DNA from: an uncultured Bacteroidales bacterium
GTDB lineage: Bacteria > Bacteroidota > Bacteroidia > Bacteroidales > SZUA-534
Length of the DNA: 64,000 nt
Reading direction: 5' to 3'
Assembly (NCBI GenBank): GCA_902790595.1
Contig: CADASL010000011.1
Coordinates: forward strand, 35,861 to 99,860
Shown here: in pieces, positions 51,971-60,516 of the stretch
Layout: every line of letters begins with the position of its first letter
Numbering within the stretch: the stretch's first letter is position 1
Notes under the pieces: model-generated
Told to the model about the DNA's origin: nothing
The model's input: the letters and a program-made list of their open reading frames with translations, nothing else
Database searches by the model: none
Program-made: the position numbers and the translations under genes

Positions 51971-52270
51971 CGAATCCGCTCCGACGGGCCTTGCCATCTC
52001 CTTCGTCAACAAACACTTGCGTGCCTTCGCCGTTGATTGTGAAATAATCGTTGCTCTCTCCGCCTTTCGTCGCATCGCGGCCGGTTACAACGAATCCGCT
52101 CCGACGGGCCTTGCTGCTGGCGGTATCATCCACAAACACTCTCGTTCCCTCTTGGTTCACAGCAAAATAATCGTTGCTGTCGCCATTCTTTGTGGCATCG
52201 CGGCCGGTAACCACAAATCCGCTGCGGCGGGCTTTTGCCGATTCATCGACATAAACGCGCACGCCCTCGG
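51485..52270 (-). repeat. Seven tandem ~40-aa coding repeats (KARRSGFVVTGRDATK core), including a perfect 99-bp direct repeat (51630-51728 = 51873-51971)
   Basis: Direct alignment of copies; 243-bp offset between the identical segments. Confidence 0.9.
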
Positions 52271-53339
52271 GATAAACGGCAAACACCAGGTTGCCATTAC
52301 GGTCTTTCACCGCAAACAGCGGCTCGTCAATGCTGTCGTTGGCAGCGGAACCTGGCTTCACGTCGAGTTTCTTAACCGAAATTTCATCGGTAGCAACCCA
52401 GGTTGTGCCGTTGTGAACCAACGTCTGCCCTTTGCTTCCCGACACCTGCATACCGTCGCGGCCGGGTTCGCCCTTATCACCTTTCTCTCCCTTTAAATTA
52501 TATGTGTACTTCTGTCCGTTGGTCATTGTAAACGTCAGAGCACCCGTTGAGTCCTGAGCGACATTGGCAATTCCGTTGCCGGCGGCGCCTGCCGGTGCCT
52601 CAAACTCAACCCAGTTGCCGGCATCGTTTCGCGGTGCGGTGGCGCCGGTAATGTTGTCGTTCTTTGCAATCCACATTGTGTTGAAAGTTGAGTCTCTCCT
52701 ACCCGGAGCAAACACATAATCGCCGGTACTGTATGTCGAGTCCAACGCCCACGCGCCTCTGTTGGTAAGCCCCACTCCGGCATCGCCCTTGTCGCCTTTA
52801 TCTCCCTTCGGGCCTTGCGGGCCGACACCACCTTGCTCACCCTTCTCGCCTTGCAAACCCTGCGGGCCCTGAATACCTTGCTCGCCTTTGTCACCCTTGT
52901 CGCCTTTCGGGCCTTGCGGACCTGGTTGGCCGCCGTTGGCTGCATAATACGCGTACGGAACCGACTGCAGTTTGGTTCTTCCCATATCGGTATAGTTTGT
53001 GCCGCCCTTCGTGTCCAACTCAACACGCATCCACACGTTGCCGGAGCTCCAGTCAACACTGGCCATCGACATATTATTGAGCGGAGTTCCTTCACCTACG
53101 GTTACCGACAGCACTCCGTATCCGTTAGTTGTTGTGGTATGCGTCTCGCAGTACATCAACTGCGCGCCGGTTTCATCGGTAAGCGTAACGCGAAGACCGA
53201 CATTGGCGTCTGCCACCAGCGCACCTTCAGAATCTCTCACCACAGCCTGATAGCTGAAGCCGCCCGACTGGGCAATAGCTGTTGCAGCAGTCAAAAACAT
53301 TGCCGCCAGAATCATTGTTTGCTTAAAAAACTTTCTCAT
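51954..53339 (-). CDS. N-terminal fragment of the fibre gene (signal peptide, FSYQAVVRD domain, collagen-like Gly-X-Y, first repeats)
   Basis: MRKFFKQTMILAAMFLTAATAIA-Q; GPQGPKGDKGDKGEQG... at about 52770-52932; ends prematurely ...KARRSGFGRRHK*. Confidence 0.75.
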   Translation of the reverse strand: MRKFFKQTMILAAMFLTAATAIAQSGGFSYQAVVRDSEGALVADANVGLRVTLTDETGAQLMYCETHTTTTNGYGVLSVTVGEGTPLNNMSMASVDWSSGNVWMRVELDTKGGTNYTDMGRTKLQSVPYAYYAANGGQPGPQGPKGDKGDKGEQGIQGPQGLQGEKGEQGGVGPQGPKGDKGDKGDAGVGLTNRGAWALDSTYSTGDYVFAPGRRDSTFNTMWIAKNDNITGATAPRNDAGNWVEFEAPAGAAGNGIANVAQDSTGALTFTMTNGQKYTYNLKGEKGDKGEPGRDGMQVSGSKGQTLVHNGTTWVATDEISVKKLDVKPGSAANDSIDEPLFAVKDRNGNLVFAVYPEGVRVYVDESAKARRSGFVVTGRDATKNGDSNDYFAVNQEGTRVFVDDTASSKARRSGFVVTGRDATKGGESNDYFTINGEGTQVFVDEGDGKARRSGFGRRHK

Positions 53340-53552
53340 TTTACAACGGTTTTTGGTTATAATTCACAGATAATCAATTCGGTTTCGGTTAAAATTCTTT
53401 CAAAGGTAAGAAATATTTCCATTGGTTAGACCATCCGCCAGCCAAATACTAACAAACTCATTATCAACCAATATCTATTTTTCTTAGGCGCCGAGCGAAA
53501 AATTGCCCGCTTTTTGCTAATGAATTGCCGACTTTATCAAAAAACTGCAATT

Positions 53553-54017
53553 ATGAAACATATCATCAACAACTACGAAGAACTGAAGGCCCTTGAGGGC
53601 AAAGAGATTGGCACCTCGGACTGGCAGCAGATTACGCAAGAAATGATTAACCAGTTTGCCGATGTGACGCTCGACCACCAATGGATTCACACCGATGTTG
53701 AGCGCGCCAAAGTGGAGTCGCCGTTCCATAGCACCATCGCCCACGGCTACCTCACAACCGCGCTGATGCCCTACCACTGGGAGCAGGTTATCGATGTCCG
53801 GAATCTGAAGATGCAGATAAACTACGGCATTGAGAAACTGAAGTTCGGCCAGCCGGTTCTCTCGGGCAGTTTCGTCCGTATGCACGCCGATATGCTCTCG
53901 GTAACCAACCTGCGCGGCGTTGTCAAGGCTTGCATCGCCATAAAAATGGAGATAAAAGACTGCCCAAAACTGGCGTTTGAAGGAACAATTGTGTTCGTTT
54001 ACCACTTCAACAAATAA
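53553..54017 (+). CDS. MaoC family dehydratase
   Basis: SDWQQITQEMINQFADVTLDHQWIH, TIAHGYLT, INYGIEKLKF; ATG at 53553. Confidence 0.92.
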   Translation: MKHIINNYEELKALEGKEIGTSDWQQITQEMINQFADVTLDHQWIHTDVERAKVESPFHSTIAHGYLTTALMPYHWEQVIDVRNLKMQINYGIEKLKFGQPVLSGSFVRMHADMLSVTNLRGVVKACIAIKMEIKDCPKLAFEGTIVFVYHFNK

Positions 54018-54119
54018 AATTGCAAGGCGAGTGTTGCACATAATGAAAAAATGTAAATATTTGGTGCCGATAGCGACTGTTCGTTATCGGCATAATTTTT
54101 AACAGAAAAACAACAATAT

Positions 54120-54461
54120 ATGGGCAGCACAAACAAACCACGCGTTATTAAAGACTTTGACAAAATCAGCGACGAGATGCGCGACCAAGTCAAGGCAATG
54201 TATCCCGACGGGTTCAACGCGTATCTTATTTCGTTCACAAACAAAGACGGCCAGCTCTGCTGCGGTCTTCCGTTCGAGACCGAAGACCGTATGTATCTGC
54301 TTCGCATTAACAACGAAGACACCGGAAATATTGACGACGACGACTTTTTCGGCGATGACAGCAAGGGCGATGATTTGGACGACAATGTTGATTTCAGCAG
54401 CATTTCCGATGACTCAGAACCTGAAGACGACAGCGCATCGTCGCTCAACGACTCGTTCTGA
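54120..54461 (+). CDS. Conserved Bacteroidota hypothetical protein with a strongly acidic C-terminal tail
   Basis: KPRVIKDFDKI...YPDGF...ISFTNKDG...PFETEDRMYLLRI followed by a D/E/S-rich tail. Confidence 0.8.
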   Translation: MGSTNKPRVIKDFDKISDEMRDQVKAMYPDGFNAYLISFTNKDGQLCCGLPFETEDRMYLLRINNEDTGNIDDDDFFGDDSKGDDLDDNVDFSSISDDSEPEDDSASSLNDSF

Positions 54462-54540
54462 CGCGCCCGAACCAACAATCGATACTCAAAGGCGCGGCAC
54501 ACACCGGCGCCTTTTTCTTTTTACCAATAATTAATTGAGT

Positions 54541-55860
54541 ATGGAAAACAAAGATTTTATAGTCAAAACACTGGGCAAAGGCAACGTGGAGTCGCCTTTG
54601 GTTCAAACGCTGGCGAAGACGGCCTACGACTTCACCACCGACAACGACCGTATTCTGTACGACAACTCGCTTGAGAATTTCAAGAAATGCGGCAGCAGCA
54701 AAAAGGAACCACTGTCGCTCGAAAAGGCCGGCCCGCGCAAAAATCTCTTTTTTGAGCCGGCAAAAACCAAAGTGGGCATTGTAACCTGCGGCGGCCTCTG
54801 CCCCGGACTCAACAACGTGATTCGCAGCCTTGTAAACCACCTCTACTACCGCTACGACGTGAAGCGCATCATCGGTTTCAAGTATGGCTATGAGGGCCTT
54901 GTGCCGAAATACAACCACGAGGTTGTGGAGCTCACCCCGCAGCTTGTCGATTACATCCACCAGTCGGGCGGCACCATTCTGGGCTCGTCGCGCGGCAACC
55001 AGGATGTAGTGCAGATTGTTGACACTCTCGACATTATGAACATCAACATTCTGTTCTGCATTGGCGGCGACGGCACCTTGCGCGGCGCTCACGCCATTCA
55101 CGAGGAGATTGAGCGGCGCGGACTGAAAATCTCGGTGGCCGGAATTCCAAAGACCATCGACAACGACATCAGTTTCATTGAGCGCTCGTTCGGTTTTGAG
55201 ACGGCTTTCTCGGTGGCCAACGACATCATCAACTCGGCTCACAACGAGGCCAAAGGCGCCTTCAACGGCATCGCACTTCTCAAACTGATGGGCCGCGACT
55301 CGGGCTTTATTGCCGCCAACGCCGCTCTATCAACGCAAGAGGTGAATTTTGTGCTGGTGCCCGAGATGAATTTTGAGCTCTACGGCCCGTACGGATTCCT
55401 GAAATGTCTGCGCAAGCGCCTCGAAACCAAGCACCACGCGCTGGTTGTGGTTGCCGAGGGCGCCGGACAGAACTTCTTCGACGTTAAAGAGCAGCAGAAA
55501 GACGCTTCGGGCAACATCAAGAAACAGGACATTGGCGTTTTCCTCCGCGACAAGATAATTGAGGAGTTCACGGCCAAGAAATTCCCGTACGCCCTGCGCT
55601 ACATCGACCCGAGCTACATCATCCGCAGCGCGCCGGCCAACGCCAACGACAGCAAATTCTGCAACATTCTGGCGCAAAACGCCGTGCACGCCGCAATGGC
55701 CGGCAAGACCGACTTTGTGGTGGGCTACTGGAAGCACCAGTTCACCATTGTGCCCATTCCGATTGCCGTTGCCGAGCGCAAGAAAATCAATCTCAACAGC
55801 GATTTCTGGTGGAACGTTTTGGAAGCCACCGGCCAGCCGCAGTCGATGGTGAATCCGTAA
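54541..55860 (+). CDS. pfkA: ATP-dependent 6-phosphofructokinase (long clade-X type)
   Basis: TCGGLCPGLN, GGTILGSSRG, GGDGT, PKTIDND, LMGRDSGFIA, IDPSYIIRS. Confidence 0.92.
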   Translation: MENKDFIVKTLGKGNVESPLVQTLAKTAYDFTTDNDRILYDNSLENFKKCGSSKKEPLSLEKAGPRKNLFFEPAKTKVGIVTCGGLCPGLNNVIRSLVNHLYYRYDVKRIIGFKYGYEGLVPKYNHEVVELTPQLVDYIHQSGGTILGSSRGNQDVVQIVDTLDIMNINILFCIGGDGTLRGAHAIHEEIERRGLKISVAGIPKTIDNDISFIERSFGFETAFSVANDIINSAHNEAKGAFNGIALLKLMGRDSGFIAANAALSTQEVNFVLVPEMNFELYGPYGFLKCLRKRLETKHHALVVVAEGAGQNFFDVKEQQKDASGNIKKQDIGVFLRDKIIEEFTAKKFPYALRYIDPSYIIRSAPANANDSKFCNILAQNAVHAAMAGKTDFVVGYWKHQFTIVPIPIAVAERKKINLNSDFWWNVLEATGQPQSMVNP

Positions 55861-55887
55861 ACCGGCGTCAAAACGACACTATAAAAG

Positions 55888-55928
55888 AATCCGCCGTACC
55901 AAATATAATTGGTGCGGCGGATTTTTTA
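55888..55928 (+). terminator. Terminator after pfk
   Basis: AATCCGCCGTACCAA-atataa-TTGGTGCGGCGGATT followed by a T tract. Confidence 0.7.
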
Positions 55929-55946
55929 TTGCAGACGTGCGGGCAC

Positions 55947-55976
55947 AAAAAAAGCAAACCGGAAAGGTCTGCTTTT
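55947..55976 (-). terminator. Terminator after rpmH
   Basis: Minus strand AAAAGCAGACC-TTTCC-GGTTTGC followed by T7. Confidence 0.6.
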
Positions 55977-55997
55977 ATTGTATTGTCGAGTTTCGTA

Positions 55998-56156
55998 TTA
56001 TGCCTTGTGCAACTTCTCGTCAGAAACTGTGAGTTTCTTTCTGCCTTTTGCCCGACGGGCAGCCAATACGCGACGGCCGTTTTTGGTGGCCATTCTCTCA
56101 CGGAATCCGTGTTTATTCCTACGCTTTCTCTGAGACGGTTGGAATGTTCTTTTCAT
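55998..56156 (-). CDS. rpmH: 50S ribosomal protein L34 (52 aa, below the ORF-track cutoff)
   Basis: Manual translation [52 protein letters not shown]; -7 element TACTTTTG at 56208-56215. Confidence 0.97.
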   Translation of the reverse strand: MKRTFQPSQRKRRNKHGFRERMATKNGRRVLAARRAKGRKKLTVSDEKLHKA

Positions 56157-56257
56157 TGCCATAATATATACCCTTTCTTATGTTTTATTGTCATTTTTAT
56201 AGGACTGCAAAAGTATGTATTTTTTTGAATGGAGCAAACCTCAGACGAAAAATCATT

Positions 56258-57334
56258 TCAATTTTCGACAGTTTTGTTCCGGCTGTCTTTCTCGCAAACC
56301 AAAGCATCTCTGTAACAATCACTTAGCAATTCGCCTTGAACCATACAAATATTCAGTTGCATAGTTGTGAACTGACTGACGACCGTCACAAGGGGCAAAT
56401 TGTAGAAGTGCTGCCGCTCCCAATCGCGGTTGTAGATGCGGTTGTTGAGTTTCAGAACGTTGGTGTTGAGGTTGGCGCGGACAAAATCGGCGAGCCATTT
56501 GTCGTCGGGTTTAACCTGCTCCAGCATAGCGCCGCGATAAACATCGAGAGCCTCGTGCAAACCCTTGGCCTTCATACGTTTGCGGCCAAGCATAAACCGC
56601 CGCACCGAGTTAATCTCAACATTCGACTGAATTGGCACCAGATTGACAAACAACGCTGAATCCTGCAGCACCTTCTTCCCCTCAACATAGGCCACAAGGC
56701 TGATTTTCAGGTCGTCGATGTATCGAATCATATTATCGCTCTCGGTATTGATAATATCGGCTTTTTGCTTGATTACCAGCAGAATGGAATCGTTGGCGCA
56801 GAGACTGTCAATCTGGGCGGAAATGTGCTGGTTGCGCTTTTGCAGCGACACAAGCTGAAGCAGCGCCTCACGGTCCGAGACGGTGAACGAGCGCAGTATC
56901 GGACGGTGAACCAAGCTGGTGAGCATCCCGATAACGATGAACACACTAAAAAGAACTATCGGGAACCACGAGTCGATGCTGGTCTCGTAGAACCTCCGGC
57001 GCATAAAAATCATCAGCAGCATTGCCAGCAGCAGGAACGAGCCGCCGACATAAATCAACACCTTGTTGCCGCCCCAGCTCACCATAAAGAACGTCACTCC
57101 CATCAGGAAAATGAAGAATCCGAGAATGCTCAAAACAATTATCAGCCCGATGCGGTTCTCCTGATGCTCCTTGAAAATCACAATGAAAAGCGGAATGAGA
57201 TAGCCCAGATTGAAGGTGAAAAAACCGACAAGGAACAGCACTTTCCCGGCCACAAAATCCTGATTCATAAATATCGCGCCAAGCAGCAACAGGAGCGATG
57301 ACAAGTATCCCCAAACTAAAGTGTTGTGTTTCAT
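56258..57334 (-). CDS. Inner-membrane protein: GldL-like TM hairpins fused to a GldM/PorM N-terminal-like helical domain
   Basis: About five TM helices (LGAIFMNQDF...; MGVTFFMVSWGGNK...) then SDNMIRYIDDLKISL...FMLG...KAKGL...YR...WERQHFYNLPLVTVVSQFTTMQLNI. Confidence 0.65.
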   Translation of the reverse strand: MKHNTLVWGYLSSLLLLLGAIFMNQDFVAGKVLFLVGFFTFNLGYLIPLFIVIFKEHQENRIGLIIVLSILGFFIFLMGVTFFMVSWGGNKVLIYVGGSFLLLAMLLMIFMRRRFYETSIDSWFPIVLFSVFIVIGMLTSLVHRPILRSFTVSDREALLQLVSLQKRNQHISAQIDSLCANDSILLVIKQKADIINTESDNMIRYIDDLKISLVAYVEGKKVLQDSALFVNLVPIQSNVEINSVRRFMLGRKRMKAKGLHEALDVYRGAMLEQVKPDDKWLADFVRANLNTNVLKLNNRIYNRDWERQHFYNLPLVTVVSQFTTMQLNICMVQGELLSDCYRDALVCEKDSRNKTVEN

Positions 57335-57488
57335 AAATTTGAATATCGTTTAAACGTTTCAAAAGTAGTGCAAAAATGCGTATGTGAAAATAAAAATACA
57401 AACTGATTGCGTTTTAACCGCCAAACAATATATATTTGAGGTTGCGTTGGCGCGATGAGCGCCGCGGGAATTTTAAATTATTTGAAAT

Positions 57489-58709
57489 ATGAATTCAGTA
57501 CTTGTATTCGCACTTATTGTAATATTCGGCATTGTGCCGTTCGGCGTTGTGATTCTGCGCCTGCTTTACAAAAAGACCATTGTTTTCAAGATTGCGATGG
57601 TGACTTTTCTGTCGGCAATGTTCTGCGCCATTGTGGCGTATGCAGTCTGCCACTACGGGCTTAAATCGGTTTTCTGGGCCATTCCGCTCTGCTTAGCCGT
57701 GCTGCTGTCGGGCAACTTCTTCATTAAAAAGTACATTCAGTGGCCTATTGTCAGGCTGCGCGAGAAGATTGACGAGATGGGCCTGGGCATTTTCGCGGCA
57801 AGCAAGAAAGACTCGAAACACAAGCAGGACGAGATTGGCGACATCTACCGCTCTTTCAAGAAACTTGCTATGAATCTGCACAATACAGCATTGTTTGCCG
57901 ACGCCATCGCCAACAATAATTTCGATTTCGAGTACACAATGGCGAGCGATAACGACGAGCTTGGCATTGCCCTGACCAATATGCGCAACGAGCTGAAAAA
58001 AGCCAAGGCTGCCGAAGCACAGCAAGCCGAGGAACAGGAAAAAGAGGCGTGGACGGCTAACGGCATCGCCATATTCAACGACCTTCTTCGCCAAGAGACA
58101 TCGAACCTTGAGGCTTTGAGCCGCACGTTCATCAGCAAACTGACCGATTATATAGGTGTTGTGCAGGGCGGCGTGTTCATCCTCAACAACGACGACCCCG
58201 AGCACCTGAAATACGAGCTGAAGGGCGCCGTAGCCTACAAACGCATCAAGAACAGCGAGAAGGAGTTTGAAATGGGCATTGGGCTTGTCGGGCAGTGCGC
58301 CTACGAGAAGGCCCCCATCTATCTGAACGAAATTCCCGACAACTATATGGAGATAACATCGGGCTTGGGCGAGGCCAATCCGAAGTTCGTCCTGCTGATG
58401 CCGGCCATTATGAACGACACGGTTTACGCCGTTATTGAGCTGGCGTCGTTCTCGAAAATCGAAGAATACAAAATCAACTTTCTTTCGAAAATTAGCGACG
58501 CTTTCTCATCGACAATCTCGATGGTGAAAATCAACTCGAGCACCGCGAAACTGCTTGAGGAATCGAAAGACAAGGCCGATATGCTTGCCGAGCAGTCGGA
58601 GGTTCTGAAGCAGAGCTTCGAGGAGCTGCGCGCCACACAAGAGGACCTTGCCCGCAAAGAGGCAATGATACGCGAACTGGAAGAACGCTACCACATCAAC
58701 CAAGAATAA
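57489..58709 (+). CDS. Membrane sensor with HAMP and GAF domains and a terminal coiled coil, no output domain
   Basis: Two TM helices; DEIGDI.../DELGIALTNMR HAMP; GLVGQCAYEK...ITSGLGEANPK...VIELASF GAF; -7 element TATATTTG at 57431-57438. Confidence 0.8.
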   Translation: MNSVLVFALIVIFGIVPFGVVILRLLYKKTIVFKIAMVTFLSAMFCAIVAYAVCHYGLKSVFWAIPLCLAVLLSGNFFIKKYIQWPIVRLREKIDEMGLGIFAASKKDSKHKQDEIGDIYRSFKKLAMNLHNTALFADAIANNNFDFEYTMASDNDELGIALTNMRNELKKAKAAEAQQAEEQEKEAWTANGIAIFNDLLRQETSNLEALSRTFISKLTDYIGVVQGGVFILNNDDPEHLKYELKGAVAYKRIKNSEKEFEMGIGLVGQCAYEKAPIYLNEIPDNYMEITSGLGEANPKFVLLMPAIMNDTVYAVIELASFSKIEEYKINFLSKISDAFSSTISMVKINSSTAKLLEESKDKADMLAEQSEVLKQSFEELRATQEDLARKEAMIRELEERYHINQE

Positions 58710-58745
58710 CGGCGAACGTAGCGCATTGATTATCATACAAAAAAC

Positions 58746-58780
58746 AAACCCGTTGCAGCCAGATTAGGTGCAACGGGTTT
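58746..58780. terminator. Bidirectional terminator
   Basis: AAACCCGTTGCA...TGCAACGGGTTT between convergent genes. Confidence 0.75.
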
Positions 58781-58804
58781 TTATTTTACCACCTTGGCGG
58801 CAAA

Positions 58805-59782
58805 TCAGCGCTTGCGCGACAGAGCGTCGTCAATCAGTTTGATGTACAAATCTTTAAGCGGCAGGCCGTAAACAACTGTCTGCTTCGGTATTATTGATTC
58901 GCGGCTCATTCCGGGCACAGTGTTAATCTCCATAAAGTAGAACTTGCCCTCTTTTTGCAGATAGTCGATGCGGACAACGCCCGTGCAGCCGAGCAGGTCG
59001 TAGATTTTCGAGGTGAGCGACTGGCACTCCTTCATATCGGCCTCCGACAGGCGCGCCGGCGTAATCTCCTCCGACATTCCCGGTGTGTACTTGGCCTCGA
59101 CATCGAAGAACTCGTTTTTGCTGACAATCTCGGTGGGCGGGAACACAATCGACTCAGTGTCAGTCTTGAACACACCGCAAGTAAACTCGCCGCCCTTGAT
59201 GAACGGCTCGATGATTATCTCAGTGTCTTCGGCGAAAGCCTTCTCAATGGCCGGCTGCAAATCGGCCGGCTGCTTAACTTTTGTGACTCCGAAGCTTGAG
59301 CCGCCGTTGTTGGGTTTCACAAACATCGGATAACCACAGCGTTTGCTAATCTCGTCGAGCGAGTAAGGTTTGTTCTTGCGCAGCAGAACGGCGTCGGCTG
59401 TCAGAATTCCGTATTCCTTCAGGAAAACCTTGCAGGCGAACTTATTGAAAGTCAGCGCGGAAACAAAAGCGCTGCACGTTGTGTAAGGGATGTTGAGCAT
59501 ATCGAAATACGACTGCAACATTCCGTCCTCGCCCGGAGTGCCGTGAATGGCCATAAAAACGGCATCGAAAACAATCTTCTGCCCGTTCAGGTTGAAAGTG
59601 AAATCGTTACGGTCAATCGGATAGAGATTCTCGCCGATTTTTGCGTTCCAGCTCTCGCGAGTGATGTAAACCGTGTAAATGTTGTAAACGGAGTCGATAA
59701 CCGAGGCAATCTGCTCGGCGCTGCGCAGCGATATGACGCTCTCTTTTGAGTATCCGCCGCAAACTATTGCTATGTTTTTCAT
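58805..59782 (-). CDS. ddl: D-alanine--D-alanine ligase
   Basis: GGYSKESVISLRS, IHGTPGEDG, FVKPNNGGSSFG, EINTVPGM. Confidence 0.97.
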   Translation of the reverse strand: MKNIAIVCGGYSKESVISLRSAEQIASVIDSVYNIYTVYITRESWNAKIGENLYPIDRNDFTFNLNGQKIVFDAVFMAIHGTPGEDGMLQSYFDMLNIPYTTCSAFVSALTFNKFACKVFLKEYGILTADAVLLRKNKPYSLDEISKRCGYPMFVKPNNGGSSFGVTKVKQPADLQPAIEKAFAEDTEIIIEPFIKGGEFTCGVFKTDTESIVFPPTEIVSKNEFFDVEAKYTPGMSEEITPARLSEADMKECQSLTSKIYDLLGCTGVVRIDYLQKEGKFYFMEINTVPGMSRESIIPKQTVVYGLPLKDLYIKLIDDALSRKR

Positions 59783-60073
59783 CAGATATTGATATTTATC
59801 AAGTTGATTATGTGCGGTTTAATCAATACACCATCGGCATTGAACCGCAAGCGAAAGGTATGCTTATCGCAGAATTATTCAAGCTTTTTTTGGCAAAAAA
59901 TCGGGACCGGCTCTCCCCCGCCTTTTGCCGGCGAATTTGAACTACAAGTTGTGTTTTGCGGCAAAAAAAACAATTATCTGTCATAATTCTACCGTGCCAA
60001 CAAAAGTCTTTCGGGTTTACAATCGCATACAATAATTGTTACCTTTACAATTGCAACTAATAACACAAACGCA

Positions 60074-60514
60074 ATGAAACGAATAGCCTTAATGTCGCTC
60101 TGTCTGGCGGTTTGCGGACTTTTACAGGCGCAAGAGCCAGTTGTGATTCAAATGAGCAAAGCCGAATTCCTGCAAAAGGTGATGAACTACGAGCAGAACC
60201 CCAACAAGTGGGTTTTCCTTGGCGATAAGCCGTGCATCATCGACTTCTACGCCGACTGGTGCCGCCCGTGCAAGATTGCGTCGCCGATTATTGAGGATTT
60301 GGCCAAGGAATACAAGGGCAAAATCGATTTCTACAAAGTGAACACCGACCACGAGCAGTCGCTGGCAGCCGCGTTTGGCATTAAAAGCATTCCGGCGTTT
60401 TTGTACTGCCCGCTCAACGACAACCCTCAAATGTCGGCAGGCATAGCGCAATCGCCCGAAGAGACCAAGGCTGTCTTCAAAAAAATCATTGAGGAGTTTC
60501 TGCTCCGCAAATAA
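60074..60514 (+). CDS. Exported thioredoxin family protein
   Basis: Signal peptide; IIDFYADWCRPCK (CxxC). Confidence 0.9.
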   Translation: MKRIALMSLCLAVCGLLQAQEPVVIQMSKAEFLQKVMNYEQNPNKWVFLGDKPCIIDFYADWCRPCKIASPIIEDLAKEYKGKIDFYKVNTDHEQSLAAAFGIKSIPAFLYCPLNDNPQMSAGIAQSPEETKAVFKKIIEEFLLRK

Positions 60515-60516
60515 GG

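Larger units (their letters stand above)
49763..53339 (-). pseudogene. Frameshifted ~1200-aa secreted fibre protein: signal peptide / collagen / 40-aa repeats / beta-roll repeats / Peptidase_S74 chaperone
   Basis: Track ORFs 51954..53339 and 49763..52075 are two halves of one gene. A repeat copy lacks the 26 bp (CTTGGTGGCATCGCGGCCAGTTACCA) present at 51728-51753; inserting them between 51970 and 51971 restores ...SGFVVTGRDATKGGATNS... in frame. Confidence 0.8.

Noticed and set aside
51954-52075. Programmed ribosomal frameshift joining the two fibre ORFs
   Set aside because: No slippery heptamer at the junction; alignment with the sister repeat shows a discrete 26-bp deletion.
51485-52270. 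Regularly spaced repeats as a CRISPR array or DGR TR/VR pair
   Set aside because: The repeats are in-frame coding units with related spacers and synonymous variation, not adenine-specific changes, and there is no cas or reverse transcriptase gene in the window.
49763-53339. Prophage remnant
   Set aside because: The gene has a Sec signal peptide and no neighbouring phage genes or att sites.
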